From NCBI GenBank assembly GCA_001643675.2, contig LSRY02000002.1:2356001-2420000 (forward strand): a stretch of DNA of 64,000 bases. The letters are read 5' to 3'. This document shows, piece by piece, positions 1 through 13,800 of the stretch. The stretch is from Monocercomonoides exilis PA203 (taxonomy: Eukaryota; Protista; Preaxostyla). The position numbers were made by a program, and so were the translations under genes. The notes below the pieces were generated by a model that ran no database searches, was not told the DNA's origin, and worked only from the letters and a program-made list of their open reading frames with translations. The number at the start of each line of letters is the position of its first letter. The first letter of the stretch is position 1.

Positions 1-3000
1 GGTGGAGTGCATCTCCTCCATTCAAGCGCCTTACCTCTTCTTTCTCCTCCTCCAGCTTTTGATTCTCTTTGTCTGCTTTTATTCCGAGTTCAAACAATTT
101 TGCTCTTTTTCTTTCTTCTCTCTCTTTCTTCTCCTTTGCTGAGATGGCTTGTCTGATCCTCTGTACTTCTGTTAGATGAAGCCGCCACACAGAAATTGAG
201 CGTGATGCTGAAAAGAGATGGTGTGATTTGATGTCTGAAGACGAAGAAATAGAAGAAGTTGTGGAAGATGTGAATGAAGAAGTTGAACAGGGAGAAGAAG
301 ATGCTTTGGAATCAGAAGAATGTGCTGAAATATCTGAAAATGATGAAGAAGAAAAAGGAGAAGATGATGAAAATGTTGATGAAAGAGAAGAAGATCGTGA
401 ATGTGTTGAAGACAGGAAAGATGAAGGTGATGGTGATCTGCTTGATGAACGAGATTGAAAAGAAGAAGAAGAAGAAGAAGAGTCGAATGAAGATGTGTTG
501 GATGAAGTTGAGTCAGGTGAAGATGAATGGCCAGACTGTCTGTGCTGAGCATCTGAAGAATGAAATGAAGAGTTTTGAGTGTGTCGCTTTTTGTGTTTGT
601 GAGCAGGCGAAAAGGAGGGAGAAAACGAAGAATGCGACTCAGAGTCAGAGAGTGAGATAACAGAAGCAGACAAAGACGGCTTGTACTTCAATGAACACTT
701 GCTGCTTTGTGAGGAAGACTTCTTCAGCGAAAGAGAAGAGCCAGCAGACAGGTCAATATCATAGCTCATTCCAGACGGTGTGAGCTTTGCCTGTGAAAAT
801 GGATTCCCGGAGCTTGCAAAGTTTGACGGTGACAGCGACGACAGAGAGGACGATCCAGAAGCAGAAGAGCCGAGAAGAGTGTTGGGAGGTGTGGGTGGAA
901 CAGAAAACAGCGAGAAGGAGCCAGAAGGGTATGTCATTTCTGAAGCGTGTGGAGAGAGGGAAGAGGCAGACGGGGCAACAGTGACTGAACGAAGGCCCCG
1001 GCGCTGGTGCGCGAGAGAGGGAGACATCATCATCGAAGAGGCGGTGGAAAAGGAAGCGAAAATGTTGGTTGAGGTTTGGAGGGGTGTTGAGGGGGGGAGG
1101 CTGGTTCCGGTGGATTGAGATGAAGGAGAAGAGAGTAATGAAGAAGAGGAAGAGGAAGAGGAGGAATAGGAGGAAGAAGAATATTGGGATGAAGAGGATG
1201 ATAATGATGATGTTGTTGTTGTTGATGAAAATGAGGGAGAAAGAGAACCAGAATTGTGAGAAGAAACCTGAGAAGGGGCAAAAATAGGGGAAGAGAGCGA
1301 AGGAGCAAACTGAGGTGAAAGTGAAGTTGGTTCTTTGTTCTGAAAGGAAGAGTATGAAGTGTGCAGAAAAGAGGGCACAATTTGAGGTTTTGAAGGAAGC
1401 AGAGGGAGAGTGAGAGTGGCAGAAGGGGAAAGAAGAGGGAAAGGAAATGAATTTGATGACTGAGGAAAAGAGACGAAGGAGCTGTAGTTAGGATGGTGAG
1501 AGAGAAATGGACTGGAAGAAGGCACAGAAGAAGAATTCTGAGGAGAAGTGAAGTGGAAAATGGACTGATCATTTGAAGTGTGTGTTGCTGTTGATGATGA
1601 TGATGAGGAGGAGGAGGAGGAAGAAGAAGAAGAAGAAGAGGAAGATGGTTGCATTGTGAATTGAGTGTGTGATTGTGTCTGATAAGCAGCAGGAGAAGAG
1701 AGAAAAGAAGGATAAGTGATTGAAGTGGGTAAGGGTGTTATCACAGACGAAGGAAGAGCAGAAGACGAAAGGGACGAAACAGATGATCCATTGTTAGCAT
1801 TCATGCCCTGTGTTGATTGTGTGTGTGGATCAGATGTTAAAGAGTGAAGTGAAGATGAAGGGAGAGCGAAGAGAGTGGCAGCAGATGTGAGCACAGCTGT
1901 TGAGGTAGAGAGAGAATTGACTCCGTCGCTTTGGTCGAGCTGGCTGGCTGAGGAAGGATTGTCTGAGTAGATTTGGTGAAATGGCGATGATGATGTGCCA
2001 TGGTGTATTCCAAGTGCCATCTTCCTTCCTTTCAGCTCTGAAGTCGCTTCTTCCCGTTTCATCCGCTTTTTCGGTGTGTTCAATTTTTCCTTCTTTAATT
2101 TCTGCTCTTTCTTTCCTTTTCTCTTCTGCTCTTTCAAATACTCTGCTCGTGTTCTCTTTTTAACAGCTGGCTCTTCTTCTGCATTTTCATCTGATTCCTC
2201 GCTGCTTTTCATTTCTTTTGCTTTGTTTGAGCGGCCAGTTGCTTCATTTGACTTTTCATTGGATTCTTCTGCTGATTGTGCTGAAGGTTTCACATTTTCC
2301 TGTTCAATCTCTTCTGATTGCTTGTTGCTGCTGCTTTCATCTGCTTTGTCATTCGAAGGAGACTGTGCAATTTCAACAGCAGCATTCCTTGCATCTCCCT
2401 CTGCATCAGCATTATTCTCCATTGTATCTGCATTGTTTGTCTCAGATCTGTCTTTGTCCATGTCTTCCATCACAGGTGAATACTTGCCTATTTCCTGCTC
2501 TGAAAGTGAGGCGCGCCGAGAGGCAGCTTCGACAGAGGCTGAGTGAGAGTTGAGAGGAGTTGAATAGAGCAGCTCTTCTGGATGGAAAGGAAGAGGAGAT
2601 TGTGACAGCTCCTGGTGTGACGACTGGTAAGTGAAGGGAGAGTAAGACAGGACAAAGGAAGAGTTCCGCTGGGAGAAGGAAGACGGGGTGAGGGATGTTC
2701 TTGAAGGAAGAGAAACAGCTGAGGGCTGAGGAGATGGAGATGTGAATGAATGCGCTGTGGTATTCTTTGTGAGGCTTAAGGGAGATACAAAGTGAGGCAG
2801 ATACTTTTGTATTTTGTTTGGTTCGTTTGAAGAAAGAGCTGAGTTGGCAAGCATTGAGAGATAGTAAGGAGAAGCATCGACAGAAGGTGCAGAGTGGCGA
2901 GGCTGAGGAACAGTGAATGAATGTGATGAATGTTCTAAGTCAGAATCTTCAGTCGGAACAGGTGAGACAAAAGATTGATCAGATGAAGAAGAAGATGATG

Positions 3001-5635
3001 ACGTTGATGATGATGATGAAACAGAAGGAAGAGAAGAGAGGAGCATAGATGCAGAAAGAGGTGTGTGTTGATGTGAAGCTGCTGTGAGAATGTCAGAAGA
3101 AGCAGAAGCAGAAGCATTCACATTTGATTCAACTGAACTGGCTTCAACATCATTTGTTAATTCAGATGATTCTGAATCGAATGAAGAAGATTTGCTTATT
3201 TCAGATAATTTTGGTGTCTCCAACTGATTTTCCTTTGTGATTGAAGATTGTGCTGAGTCTGGTTCATTATCAACTTTGTGACTCTCGTTATCGATTTTCT
3301 CTTCTTTTATCTCTTCTTTTTCTTGATCATTCTTCAAAGTCTGTTTGTTATCATTCTTTGTAGTTGTTGCATCCATTGCAGGTGAAATACTTTTAGCAGC
3401 AGAACTTGGTGGAGTGGGTGATAAAAAAGAGGAATAAGATCGAGAACGCTGAGGTGTGGCTGAGTGGTCAAATAGAGAAGGATTGTCTGGAACAGGCGGA
3501 GATTTGGAAGACGTCTGGTTTTGTGCAGAAAATGAAGTCTTGTTCTTCATCAGCTCAGTCGATGTTGGAGCATCAGATGATCCTAACTGCTCCATCTGTT
3601 GGCGTTTGCGTTTGCGTGCCTTTTCTTTGGAGTGATGATGTTGGTGAAGATGATGATTATGATGATGGAGGTGATTGTGATTGTGAATGTCATTCATTAA
3701 TGATTGGTTCTTTTCATGAAGTGTGTGTCTGTGTAGATGCCCATGCGCCTGCTTCTTCCTCTTTTGACGTGCTTTGCGCTCTTCTGACTCAGCGTCCGCT
3801 CTCCTCTCCTCAGCTACTGTCAGTCCCCATCTGCCTTCTCTCAGCACATTCATCACCCCTGTCACAAACGGGTGCATCAGAGCATCCTTCGCTGTGATCC
3901 TCAAAGCCGAGTCGTAGCACAGACACTTCTTCACCAGGTCGCAGAGGGCAGGGTGTGTCGAGAGGAGCGCAGAGAGCGGCTGTTGCTGTGCCACCATCCG
4001 CATTGAGGAGCGCGTGAGGCACCGATGTGGCCAGTCGAGATGCATCTTGTGGAAGTACTTGCTCGACGGCAGAGGAACTGCACGTTTTGTGACTGCTGCT
4101 GCTGCTGCTGCTTTCCCTTTGGCTCCTTCGACCCCGCTGGCATTTTCGGAGAGGTCAGACCAGTTCGAGTCGTTGGCCTCTGATTGCTGCTTTGATGGCT
4201 TTGGAGAGGCAACTCTGGGAGAAAAACTGAAAGTGAACAGGTTTTTGATTTTGGTGTAGCTGTTGTAAAGAGGTCCGCCTTCTTTCTTTGCTGTGCTTTT
4301 TGGCTTGCTTTGTGCTTTCACTGCTTCCAGATGCTGAGTCGATGTGCTGTCAATGCCCATTACTTTCTTAACCAAAGACTGAGGTATTTCGCCCAGTATT
4401 TTCTCACACAATGCCAAATGCTCCATGTTGTCGTGTGTTTGGAACAGTGCATCGCCTGTCACAAGCTCTGCCAGCACACACCCAACAGACCACATATCGG
4501 CTGCATACGACCATCCAAGCCCTGGTTGTGTTTAATGTTGAGATTATATTCAGACGGAAAGAAATTTTTTGATGTAAAACGAGAAATAATGCAAATGAAA
4601 ATGAATGTTATAAATGCAATTTTTTGAAAAAAATATTATTCTCAAACCTAAAATCACTTCTGGAGGGCGATAATGTCTTGTGCAAATTATAGAAGAATGA
4701 TGTTCACTCGAATAAGTTGCACTACCAAAATCAATAAGTTTTATAAATGAAGATCGAGGAATCAGATATGGAAGACTCTAAATTTTTAAAAATGAAAATA
4801 TTAAATAAACATTATTTTTAATAAATCAACAATTTTTTATAACTGATATTTAAAATACAGACATTTGGCACATCAAGTTGATCATATCCCTTCCCAACTA
4901 ACAAAATATTCTCGGGTTTAATGTCAGTGTGAATCAAGTGCATTTGATTGTGAATATCTTTAAAAAAGTAAATTAAATCAAATTATTTGATTAATGTAAC
5001 ATTTTCGAATACAAAAAAGACAAACGTGATACTGCAAGAAGGATTTGCTTTGCAAAAGTTCTCACATGAGATATTGAAAATCCTCTAAATTCATTGTGTC
5101 GAAGAAATTCGTACAAAGATGGGCCCAGCTCTTCAAATACAATGCAGTACTGCCCATCATAGTCGAACCAATCAATCATTTTGACACAGTAACTGTTAAA
5201 TTATTAATTAAATTAAAATTGAAATTTTTGCAAAAATCAATGTAATTTTATGTAAATTATAAGTGGAAAATACCTATCATCGTTTGGGTCACTTTTGACA
5301 ATATCTTCTAAAATGCATATTTCCAATTTTGCTGCTTCTGTGTATTTTTTGATAGCTCTCACAACTTTAATTGCTACGTACGATCTTGTTGAACGATCCC
5401 AGCATTGCAAAACTTTTCCAAAAGTACCTTCTCCAAGTTGCCGCATAATCTTATATCGTGGCGTCAAATTTTGACCAAGAGAAAACACAAAATGTCCTAT
5501 TTATTGGTTCCATCAGAACAGAATTCAAAAATATGAATATTTAATAAACAATTTATTAACGAAACATAACATGCCATTTTCATCTACTTTATGTTCCATC
5601 TTATCATGATAAGCTGTACTATTGGCAAATCTCAT
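1..5635 (-). CDS. LAMMER/CLK-family dual-specificity protein kinase with long Ser/Pro-rich C-terminal tail (6 exons seen; 3' end runs off the window)
   Basis: Spliced exons give [56 protein letters not shown], a LAMMER-like [18 protein letters not shown] and [25 protein letters not shown]. The last exon stays open from ~4521 toward position 1. The start at 5635 is approximate. Confidence 0.9.
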
Positions 5636-6390
5636 AAAATTTGTGATCTTTTTAACGGTATTATGGCGAAAAATCAATGATAATTTTTTGGAAAGAATAA
5701 TTATGAAATTCCAAATTATTATTGATTTTAATGAAGGAGAATAATGTCAGATACTTTTCAAAACCAAATGTATATTTTGAAAAATAGTTTTTTTGCGCAA
5801 TTTTATATATTCTCAAAAAAAAGAATGAAAGTGAGAGAAAAAGTTGAGAAAAAGACATTCATTCAATTTTGTTCAGTCGTTGAAAAATTAAAGAGAATAA
5901 TGATTGAAAGAAAAGATAAAACAAAACTTCATTTGAGAGAATAATTTTTTTTCAAGTAACTGTTTATCTCTTCAGACTAAACAAAAGAAAATGCATAATT
6001 TAAAAAAACCGATTTTCAAAAAATTGTTAGCAATAAGTGTCATTTCACGAAACATAAAAAAATGTTATATTATGTTTCAACTTATTCACTAAAATCATAT
6101 CAAATCTGCAAAATAATTCGTTTTTTTGGTTTTGTTTTTTCTATATTAGAAAACTTATTTATATAAAAATATTGCTTTGTATAACAACAACAAACTCTCT
6201 GTTGATTTTTCATGAACAGATAAAACAGTTGAAGTTTTTTGAGAAACATTCAAAGATTGACTTATTCTTTTTGGAAAGTTGCAAATGTTTCCTTTCCATG
6301 ATAAATAAAGCATTGAATAATTCAAAAAGAATTAGTCAATCTTTGAGCATTTCTCAGAAGGATTCAGATGTTTGATCTGATTGTCAAACA

Positions 6391-7111
6391 CAGTCAAAAC
6401 CGGATATAATCACATCGAATATAATCACATTCGTATATAGTTTCATTTTTCGATGCACCGACATTTGAGGCCTATGTTTCATTCATTTTCAATCGCATAT
6501 AATCACAGGGCTTATTATATTTAATCACATTTTTTATCATTTTGGGTGATTTTTTCAATGAAAAATCGATTTTCAGATCAAAAATTCTATTTTTTCGCTT
6601 TTTCAAAAATGTGCTCAAATATGTCAAAATAATATGTGTTAATGAAAAAATTAATTACACAAGTGAAAAAAGTGTATTTGGGTGATTATTTTTGAAATCA
6701 TAACTTTTTTCGGGATGTGCATTATTATGAAAATTTCATGAATTCGAAAACAAAATTTTGGTTGAAATGATTTGTTCATTTTATTTAATCTTAATTCAAA
6801 GTTTGATGTAAAAGAAAGACAGAAATGATATTAGTTGGAGTGATTTCTTTTCTGTGTTCATTGACAAAAATGGAAAAGAGAAAATTTAAACAAAAATATT
6901 AACCCGAATTTTTTCTTCGAAGAAATATGATTTCGAAAATAATCACCAATTTGTGTAGAATTTACAAAAATAAAAAAATGAACCCAAATTTTATTATTTT
7001 ATTAATTTATTTTTATTTCTTTCTGTGTAAAGCAGCATCGTATATAATCACAATCGGAATCGTCATTAAAAATTGTGCAAAAACCGATGTGCTTATATCC
7101 GATTTAGACTG
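6391..7111. mobile_element. Non-autonomous Tc1/mariner (pogo-like) DNA element / MITE
   Basis: 27-bp terminal inverted repeats at 6391-6417 (CAGTCAAAACCGGATATAATCACATCG) and 7085-7111, 24/27 identical. The right flank is TA and the left flank is CA. Internal ATATAATCACA repeats; no transposase ORF. Confidence 0.75.
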
Positions 7112-7587
7112 TATAAACAGAAAGTTTATTATTGATGAGAAATGAAGTGATTAATAAAATGAGTTTCGTTTCGCAAATTTGCAAAAGACTGGAATTCGAG
7201 TGCTTCAAATAATTTTTAGAAAAATACGGACATTCGATGCTTTTTTGTAAGCATCTGCGTCACATGCCTTCTGACGTGAACATTTTTGAAGTTACGTGAC
7301 GTGACAGAAAAAAATTACATTCACTCATATTAAAAATTGGTTTTTTTCAATTTGAAACAAGAAATGCAAAGAAAAATTGATATTTTATTGTAATTCACCT
7401 TCTATTATAAAAAGGATTTTTAAATACTTTTCTTTTTTAAAATGTTCATTTTTTATTTTAATATGAACAATGGGTTGTGTCGTGATCATTTTTTGTGGTA
7501 CAAATACCAAGGCACTCACGTCACTGCCGGTCACTGACGTGTTTTCAGATAATAAAGCATTTGGAAATTTTTATATATTTGGTATAC

Positions 7588-10500
7588 ATGGATGCATCAC
7601 ATGTGTTTGCTTCTTCATTGGAAAATCCAGAAATCGTTTGAGGAAAGTTTTTTAATTTTTTTTATTTTAAACAATTGTTTTTTTATATATATTTTGATCA
7701 AAATAGTTTCAGCTATTTAAAAAAACAGAGGAGATATTTAAATCACACAGATGTGAATGGATCAAACTCGAAAAAATAGAAAATGGTGAATACGCAAACT
7801 GTTTTCATATTTAATTTTTTGTTGAAATTAATCTATTATAAATGCAATATTTTTTCACAGGTTATTTTCATCCAAAGCAGAAAGAATTGGTCATTTCCAA
7901 ACCGACTCTCGACATCGTGAATCACAAATTGTTTATTGCATTTGCTCCTTTGTATAAAGACAGAACTTCGAAAAAGGATTTGCACAGACTTTTCATGTGT
8001 CCATGTGAGAAAGATGGTGTTGCTTGTGGAGTGACGGGTCGAAAGGACTATTCAATGATTTATAATCACAAATGTGATTTAATTCAGAATAATCAGATAT
8101 CATTGTTCTTTTCACAGAAGTCCAATTTATCAACACGGTCAGTTAATTCGAAGTTAAACAATAGCTCTTCTGAAACAACATTGAAAGGAGAGCTCACTGA
8201 ATCTTTCATCAACCTTGTTGCCCATAGTAATATTTCTTTTCTTTCTGTAGCAACAAACGAATTTAACGATTTTGTTTCTGCACTAATAAAATCATCACAA
8301 GAAAATCCGCACATGCATAGGGAAGATATTTTTCCTCGCCTCACAGAGAGAAATGTCACCAAACTGCTTCCTGAAGCAAATTTAAAGAAAATAGAAAAAG
8401 CAATTTCAATTATTTCTAACAATCCCCTAGGAGTAGTTATTGATGGAGGAGTTGTTGAGGGAGTGGGCTACACTGCAGTGGGCTTAATAACGATGGATCA
8501 ATCGTCAAAACCTATCTTTTGGAAATTGTATAAAAGTTGTCGATCAGAATCCGATTATTTCAATTTAGGATTGGAAATAATGACCGAGTTGAGTGCTTAT
8601 GGATGTTCTGTCAGAGCTTGGTGCTCAGATGGACTGAAACCACAAGTTTTGGCTTTGAATAGAATATCAACAAATGATTGGACGGAATTGTGTGGTTCAT
8701 CACGTGCATATAATTATCCAAGACCAATTTTTGTCAGATGTCTTAATCATTTAATCAATTTGGTTGTCAGTCACGCTTTTTCAGAAAATGCAAAACTGAA
8801 GCAAATGAAGGAATTGATTATTAAATTCAGTCAGCAAGCACATTTATCAAATTTCAGAAACAGTTTGAAAAAAAGATGCCCAACATTTATTGCTACAAGA
8901 TGGCTGTGTTTGTATAATATTTGTTTCTTTATAAGGCAGAATCAATCAATAATAAGCAAAACGAAAATGCTTTCAGACAAAGAAATATTTGAAATAGCAC
9001 TTTCTGAATTGTTGCTGTATCCACTTTATTCGATTCATCTGATTTTTGAAAAAGAATCGACAAAACTTGGAGATGCCTTTCCTGTTGTTATTCAAGCAAT
9101 GAATTTGTTTTATTCTTTTTCAACAAATGTGTATTTCGTTGATGGAGAATGGCATAACGCATTGACAGATATAGTTATTCTGTTATATAATTACACTCTT
9201 TGTGATTTTTCTGGACAACTCATAGCAACATCATACGCACTAACACCGATTGGATCACATAAGCATCGAACTCATAAATTCACTTGCGACCCAAGAGAAC
9301 GTTTGTATTTCAAAGAAAAACATATGTTTTTATTAAACAATTGAAAATTTTCTTTTTTCTTGATAATTTTTTTTTTAAAGTTACCAAAGCCATTTTTAAT
9401 GAAGCCAAAAAAACATGCGAATCTCGATCACGTTCTTGCAGCAAAGACTCATCTGAATCTATGTGTCAGAATCAAAACTTATCTATTCATTCTTCCTCTT
9501 CGTCGTCATCGTCGTCGTCGTCGTCATCGTCATCGTCTTCTTCATCTTCATCATCATCTTCTTCTTCCCCATCCTCCACAAATATTTCCTCATTCCCCAC
9601 GTTTTCCATTTTCCATGATTCAACACCATTTCTTTCAATACAAAATCCTAATATCAAAACTTTATCGGACCATCTTTTTCAAGACATTTCATTTCTTTCT
9701 ACAGAAAAACTGCAAAAGGCTTTTGAAAACTCTGAAAAAGTGGATAAGGAATTAAGTGAGACTTGTACGGTTTCAGCTTTCACTGCTTCTGATTCAACAA
9801 ACCGTGCAAAAACTCAAAATATTGAGTTTTCAAATTCAAAGCTTCAAGAATTATATTGTTTCATATCAACGCTTTGTTCAAATTTACAGGAAAATGCAAA
9901 AGGAGTTGATGAACGATATGAAACCGATGATTTTGAAGAACAAGATTTGTTTGGGTTGATTTTGGCGGAGGAGGAAGAAAAGGATGATGAATTTCTATAT
10001 GAATGCAATCAAACAAATCTTATCAATTTCTACAGCACTAGAAAAACTACTCAACGTAATGAAAAATCGGACAGTTTGCCAGAAGACAAATCAGAAAGAG
10101 CACAAATTAATAAAGAAAATACAAAAAATTCAAAAGAACGAACGAGAAATGAAGAAACAATAGAAAGCGAAAGCGAGAGCGAGAGCGATGTGGATTTCAT
10201 ATGCAATTTTTCTCGTTTCAGAAGAATTGAAGTGTGCAATATTGATATAGAAAACAAAACATTGAAGACTATTTGGGATAACACATTTTCTGATTGGTTT
10301 GGTAGGATCGTTGCATGTTTCAGAGCTATGTTGGATCACATGTTGAATGAAAATCATCACAAAATAAAGGCTCAATGTTTGAGACTACTCAAAGAACTTT
10401 TGCTTAAAAAAGATAAGGATGATGTCGTTGAGGAAGATGGTTACATTTTCTACCAGGATTTTTGTTCATATAGCGAAATGCATACAATATTCTCCAACAT

Positions 10501-10633
10501 AGCTTACTGCATAACAACTTCTCCTTGCAGTGAATCATTTTGTGAGAGAATATTTTCTAAAGCTCGCAGAATAATAGGAGATCGTCGTCACAAATTGTCA
10601 GACAGAACACTTAATGCTCTTCTTCGTCTCTGA
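7588..10633 (+). mobile_element. hAT-superfamily transposase, 4 exons (7588-7635, 7707-7800, 7861-9300, 9381-10633), ~944 aa
   Basis: Motifs VVIDGG (D1), WCSDG (D2), VRCLNH (CxxH), TRW and the C-terminal dimerisation signature SESFCERIFSKARRIIGDRRHKLS (catalytic E). Three GT-AG introns (7636-7706, 7801-7860, 9301-9380) join the pieces into a 2835-nt frame. Confidence 0.85.
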
Positions 10634-10879
10634 TGTATGGTGGAAATTTTCAATATTTAAATACGAACACATACGAATTAATCATTTCTTGTTATTTTGT
10701 AAATTTAATTTTTTTCAATTTTTGCCAGTTTTTTTTTAACTTTAACAAAAAACCGAAACACAGATCGAGAATTCTATTTATTTTTATTTTGAAAGAAAAT
10801 AGAAGTATATTCACTGGATTATGAGTGAGCAAAAATAGAAAGAAAAATGTGAAATATGTGATTAAAGGAGAATAGAATC

Positions 10880-13800
10880 TAACCTGTTTGGAGATGGAGC
10901 AGAGAATGCGCTTATGGTGTGAGGCGGGCCGCTGGATGTGTAGGATAATTAAGTTGTGTTAAACAGTCTGGAGGGAGAGGTGGAAACAGAGTCATGCGAT
11001 GTGGAAGAGTTAAAACTTTTGCATGGCACAGGCTTTGAGCTGCTGGTTAGGAACACTTACGTCGTGCTGTAGAATGAAGCGAGTATGTTTAATGAGACAG
11101 TGATTGAAATGGCAGGGATGGTGCGCGAGCTTGTGGGGGGTGAATGTGTCGAACATCGGAACGCCAGAGAGCGGAGAAGGCGGAGTGCTGGCGGTGGATG
11201 TTGGGGCAGCGGGGCCGCTGAAGCTGAACAGCGGAGCAAGCTGTGTAGCAGCAGCAGCAGTGGTGTGAATGTGTTCGTAATAGAGCGAACGGTGCGAGTT
11301 TTTATATGTGGAGAGAGCTCAGGCAGAACGGAGGTGGAGGTGAAGCCGTTGGGGCTCAGCAAGAACAAGGCGCGGTGGGGGAAGAATACGTATGTGCAGG
11401 AAGTTGATCTGGGGCAGTGGTGAAAAAGGAGCAGATACGGTTTGGGTGGGAGATGTGGAAGAAGAAGAAGAAGAAAAAGAAAAGAGGAAATATTTGCTGT
11501 TGAATGTTTTTTGTTGAATAAAGGAACTGAATTTGATCTGCCTCTACCTTTTTTATTGGAATAGCTGAGATGAGAGTCTTCGATGTCGGTTTCTGAATGT
11601 TTGACTGAATGCTTTGTTATGTGTTTTGTTATTGAGATTCTCTTCAAAAGATACTATGAATCTGTGTTTAAAGAAGAAGCCAATGAACTCGATGAAGACA
11701 AAAGGTTTGCATCTGAAGAAGGTAACTGGATTTTCCAGAGGACAAGCGAATTGCTTGTGATTTGTGTGCCACACGGCACATGCTTCCCATCCACCAATGC
11801 CATTACCCGCGGAAGGGACGGGTCAAACGGAAGGACAGTCCCACACAAAAGCTGAATCCTGCTGCGGGACGCTTCGCTCGGAAACGTTGATGATGTGAAC
11901 GACTCTGCCCGCTTCTTCAGAGAGAATATGGTTGACTGTGCGCGATTCTGTGTTTTTATCAGTGTCTGTGATTGCGAATGAAAATGTGTTTGTCCCTCTG
12001 CTTTGCCTGGCGAAACAAACAATCTTCCTGCGCTCGCTTTTGCCAAAATTGCCAAGTGCTTTGAGGAAGCAGAAGATGGCAGAAGGCAATCGAGTCTGGC
12101 CGAGTTTCCATCTTCATCTGCAAAAAGAGGATAATCTGTGATTTCATCATTTCTATAACTTCCATCATTTCTGCTTCTTCTATTGATGTTGCGGTTACTG
12201 TTGTTGTCTTTGCCAAGTATAGAAAGCGAAAAAAGAGCAGCCTTCATCAACCGGAGGAGCGATGTCACTCCTCTCAGCACTTCCACCTCGTCTGACGGCA
12301 GACGCAGATAAAGCGATGCAGCTGGGGCACGCGATGACTGCAGAAAAAGACGCCTTTCACGGAATATTGAACGTCTTTTGGATGAGGATGAGGATGAGGA
12401 AGAAGAAGAAGAAGAGGAAGAAGAAGAAGAATTGTTGATGGAGCAAAGGAAAGAGCATGTTGAATGAGACTGCAGCTCATCAAAGTGGAGGGAGGACTTG
12501 AGAGAGGAATGCTGGTATGTGCTTTGTTGGGTGTGGGGATGCTGAGAAGGATGCGAAGATTGTGAAGAAGAAGCAGAAGGATGAGAATTAATCACATCTC
12601 CCTTTGTTCTTCCATGGACGGCCTTCACAGGCACAGCTGAAGGGGCAGACAGGAACATAGACTGATAAGAAGCGAAGGAAGTGGATGAATGGAGCTGATT
12701 GAGAGAGAAAGGGGGTATTCCATTTGTGTCCTTTGAGGAGTGCTTTGTGGCAGTCTCTTTGCCTCTCAGCAGCAAACTGCCTGTGGAGTCAGCTTTTGCA
12801 AAGGAAGAGTGAGGGTCATGTGGTGATTGATATGATTGATATGATTGCAATGAATTTAATGATTGAATAGATTGAATAGATTGAATTGGTTGAGATGACT
12901 GAGGTGATTGAGGTGTTTGCAATGGAATAGGAGAAGAAGAAGGAGAAGAAGCTGAAGGTGAGGCAGAAGGTGAGGCAGAAGAAGGAGAATCGTCTGAGGT
13001 GAGTGAAGGGGAAGAAGAAGAAGAAGAAGAAGAAGAAGTGAATGTTGATGAAGATGAAGATGTGGAAGAGGATAAAGAAGAAGGCGACATTGAAAGTGAA
13101 GGCGAAGCATCACGCCGTTCTGTTGAAGAAGAAGAAGAAGAGGAGGAGGAGGAGGAGGAGGAAGAAGAAGAAGAAGATGAGGAAGAAGAAGAAAAAGAAG
13201 AAAAAGAAGAAGAAGAAGTAGAAGAAGAAGAAGAAGAAGAAGGAAATGAAAGAGAAAGAGAAGGAGAAAAAGAGGGAGAAGGAGAAGGAGAATAAGAAAG
13301 AGGAGGCGAACTCAATGTATCTCTTTGCATTCTATCTAATTTCCTTTGTTGCCCAGCATTTTCATTCATTTCCTCTTTGTTTGAAATTGAAATTGAAATT
13401 TTAACTTGTGATTTTTCTTCTTTCTGCTTTGCATTTCCTTTCATTTCTTTATTTTCCTCTTCTTCCTCTTCCTCTTCCTCTTCCTCTTCCTCTTCCTCTT
13501 CCTCTTCCTCTTCCTCTTCCTCTTCCTCTTCTTCTTCTTCTTCTTCTTCTTCTTCTTCTTCTTCTTCTCCTCTTCTTTCTCCTCTTCCTCTTTCTCTTCC
13601 TCTTTCTCTTCCTTTCCCTCTTCCTCATTCATTCTTCTCTATCATCCTCATGTTCTTCTTCTCTATTCTCCATTCTTCATGTTGTTTTTCAATCAAATCA
13701 TTCAAATTACTTGGCGCTGCTTCCAATCTCTTCTTCAGAATTGCCTCGTGTTCAGAGGAAGAAGAAGAGGAAGGAGGCAGAAGAAGTTCTGGTGATGAGG

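Noticed and set aside
9284-9380. Programmed frameshift between the two transposase ORFs
   Set aside because: An 80-nt GT-AG intron (9301-9380) restores the frame.
11654-11656. TAA/TAG read as Gln (alternative code known in some oxymonads)
   Set aside because: ORFs of 1000-2600 aa contain no in-frame TAR, and several genes end in TAA or TAG. The stops are local decay or sequencing error.
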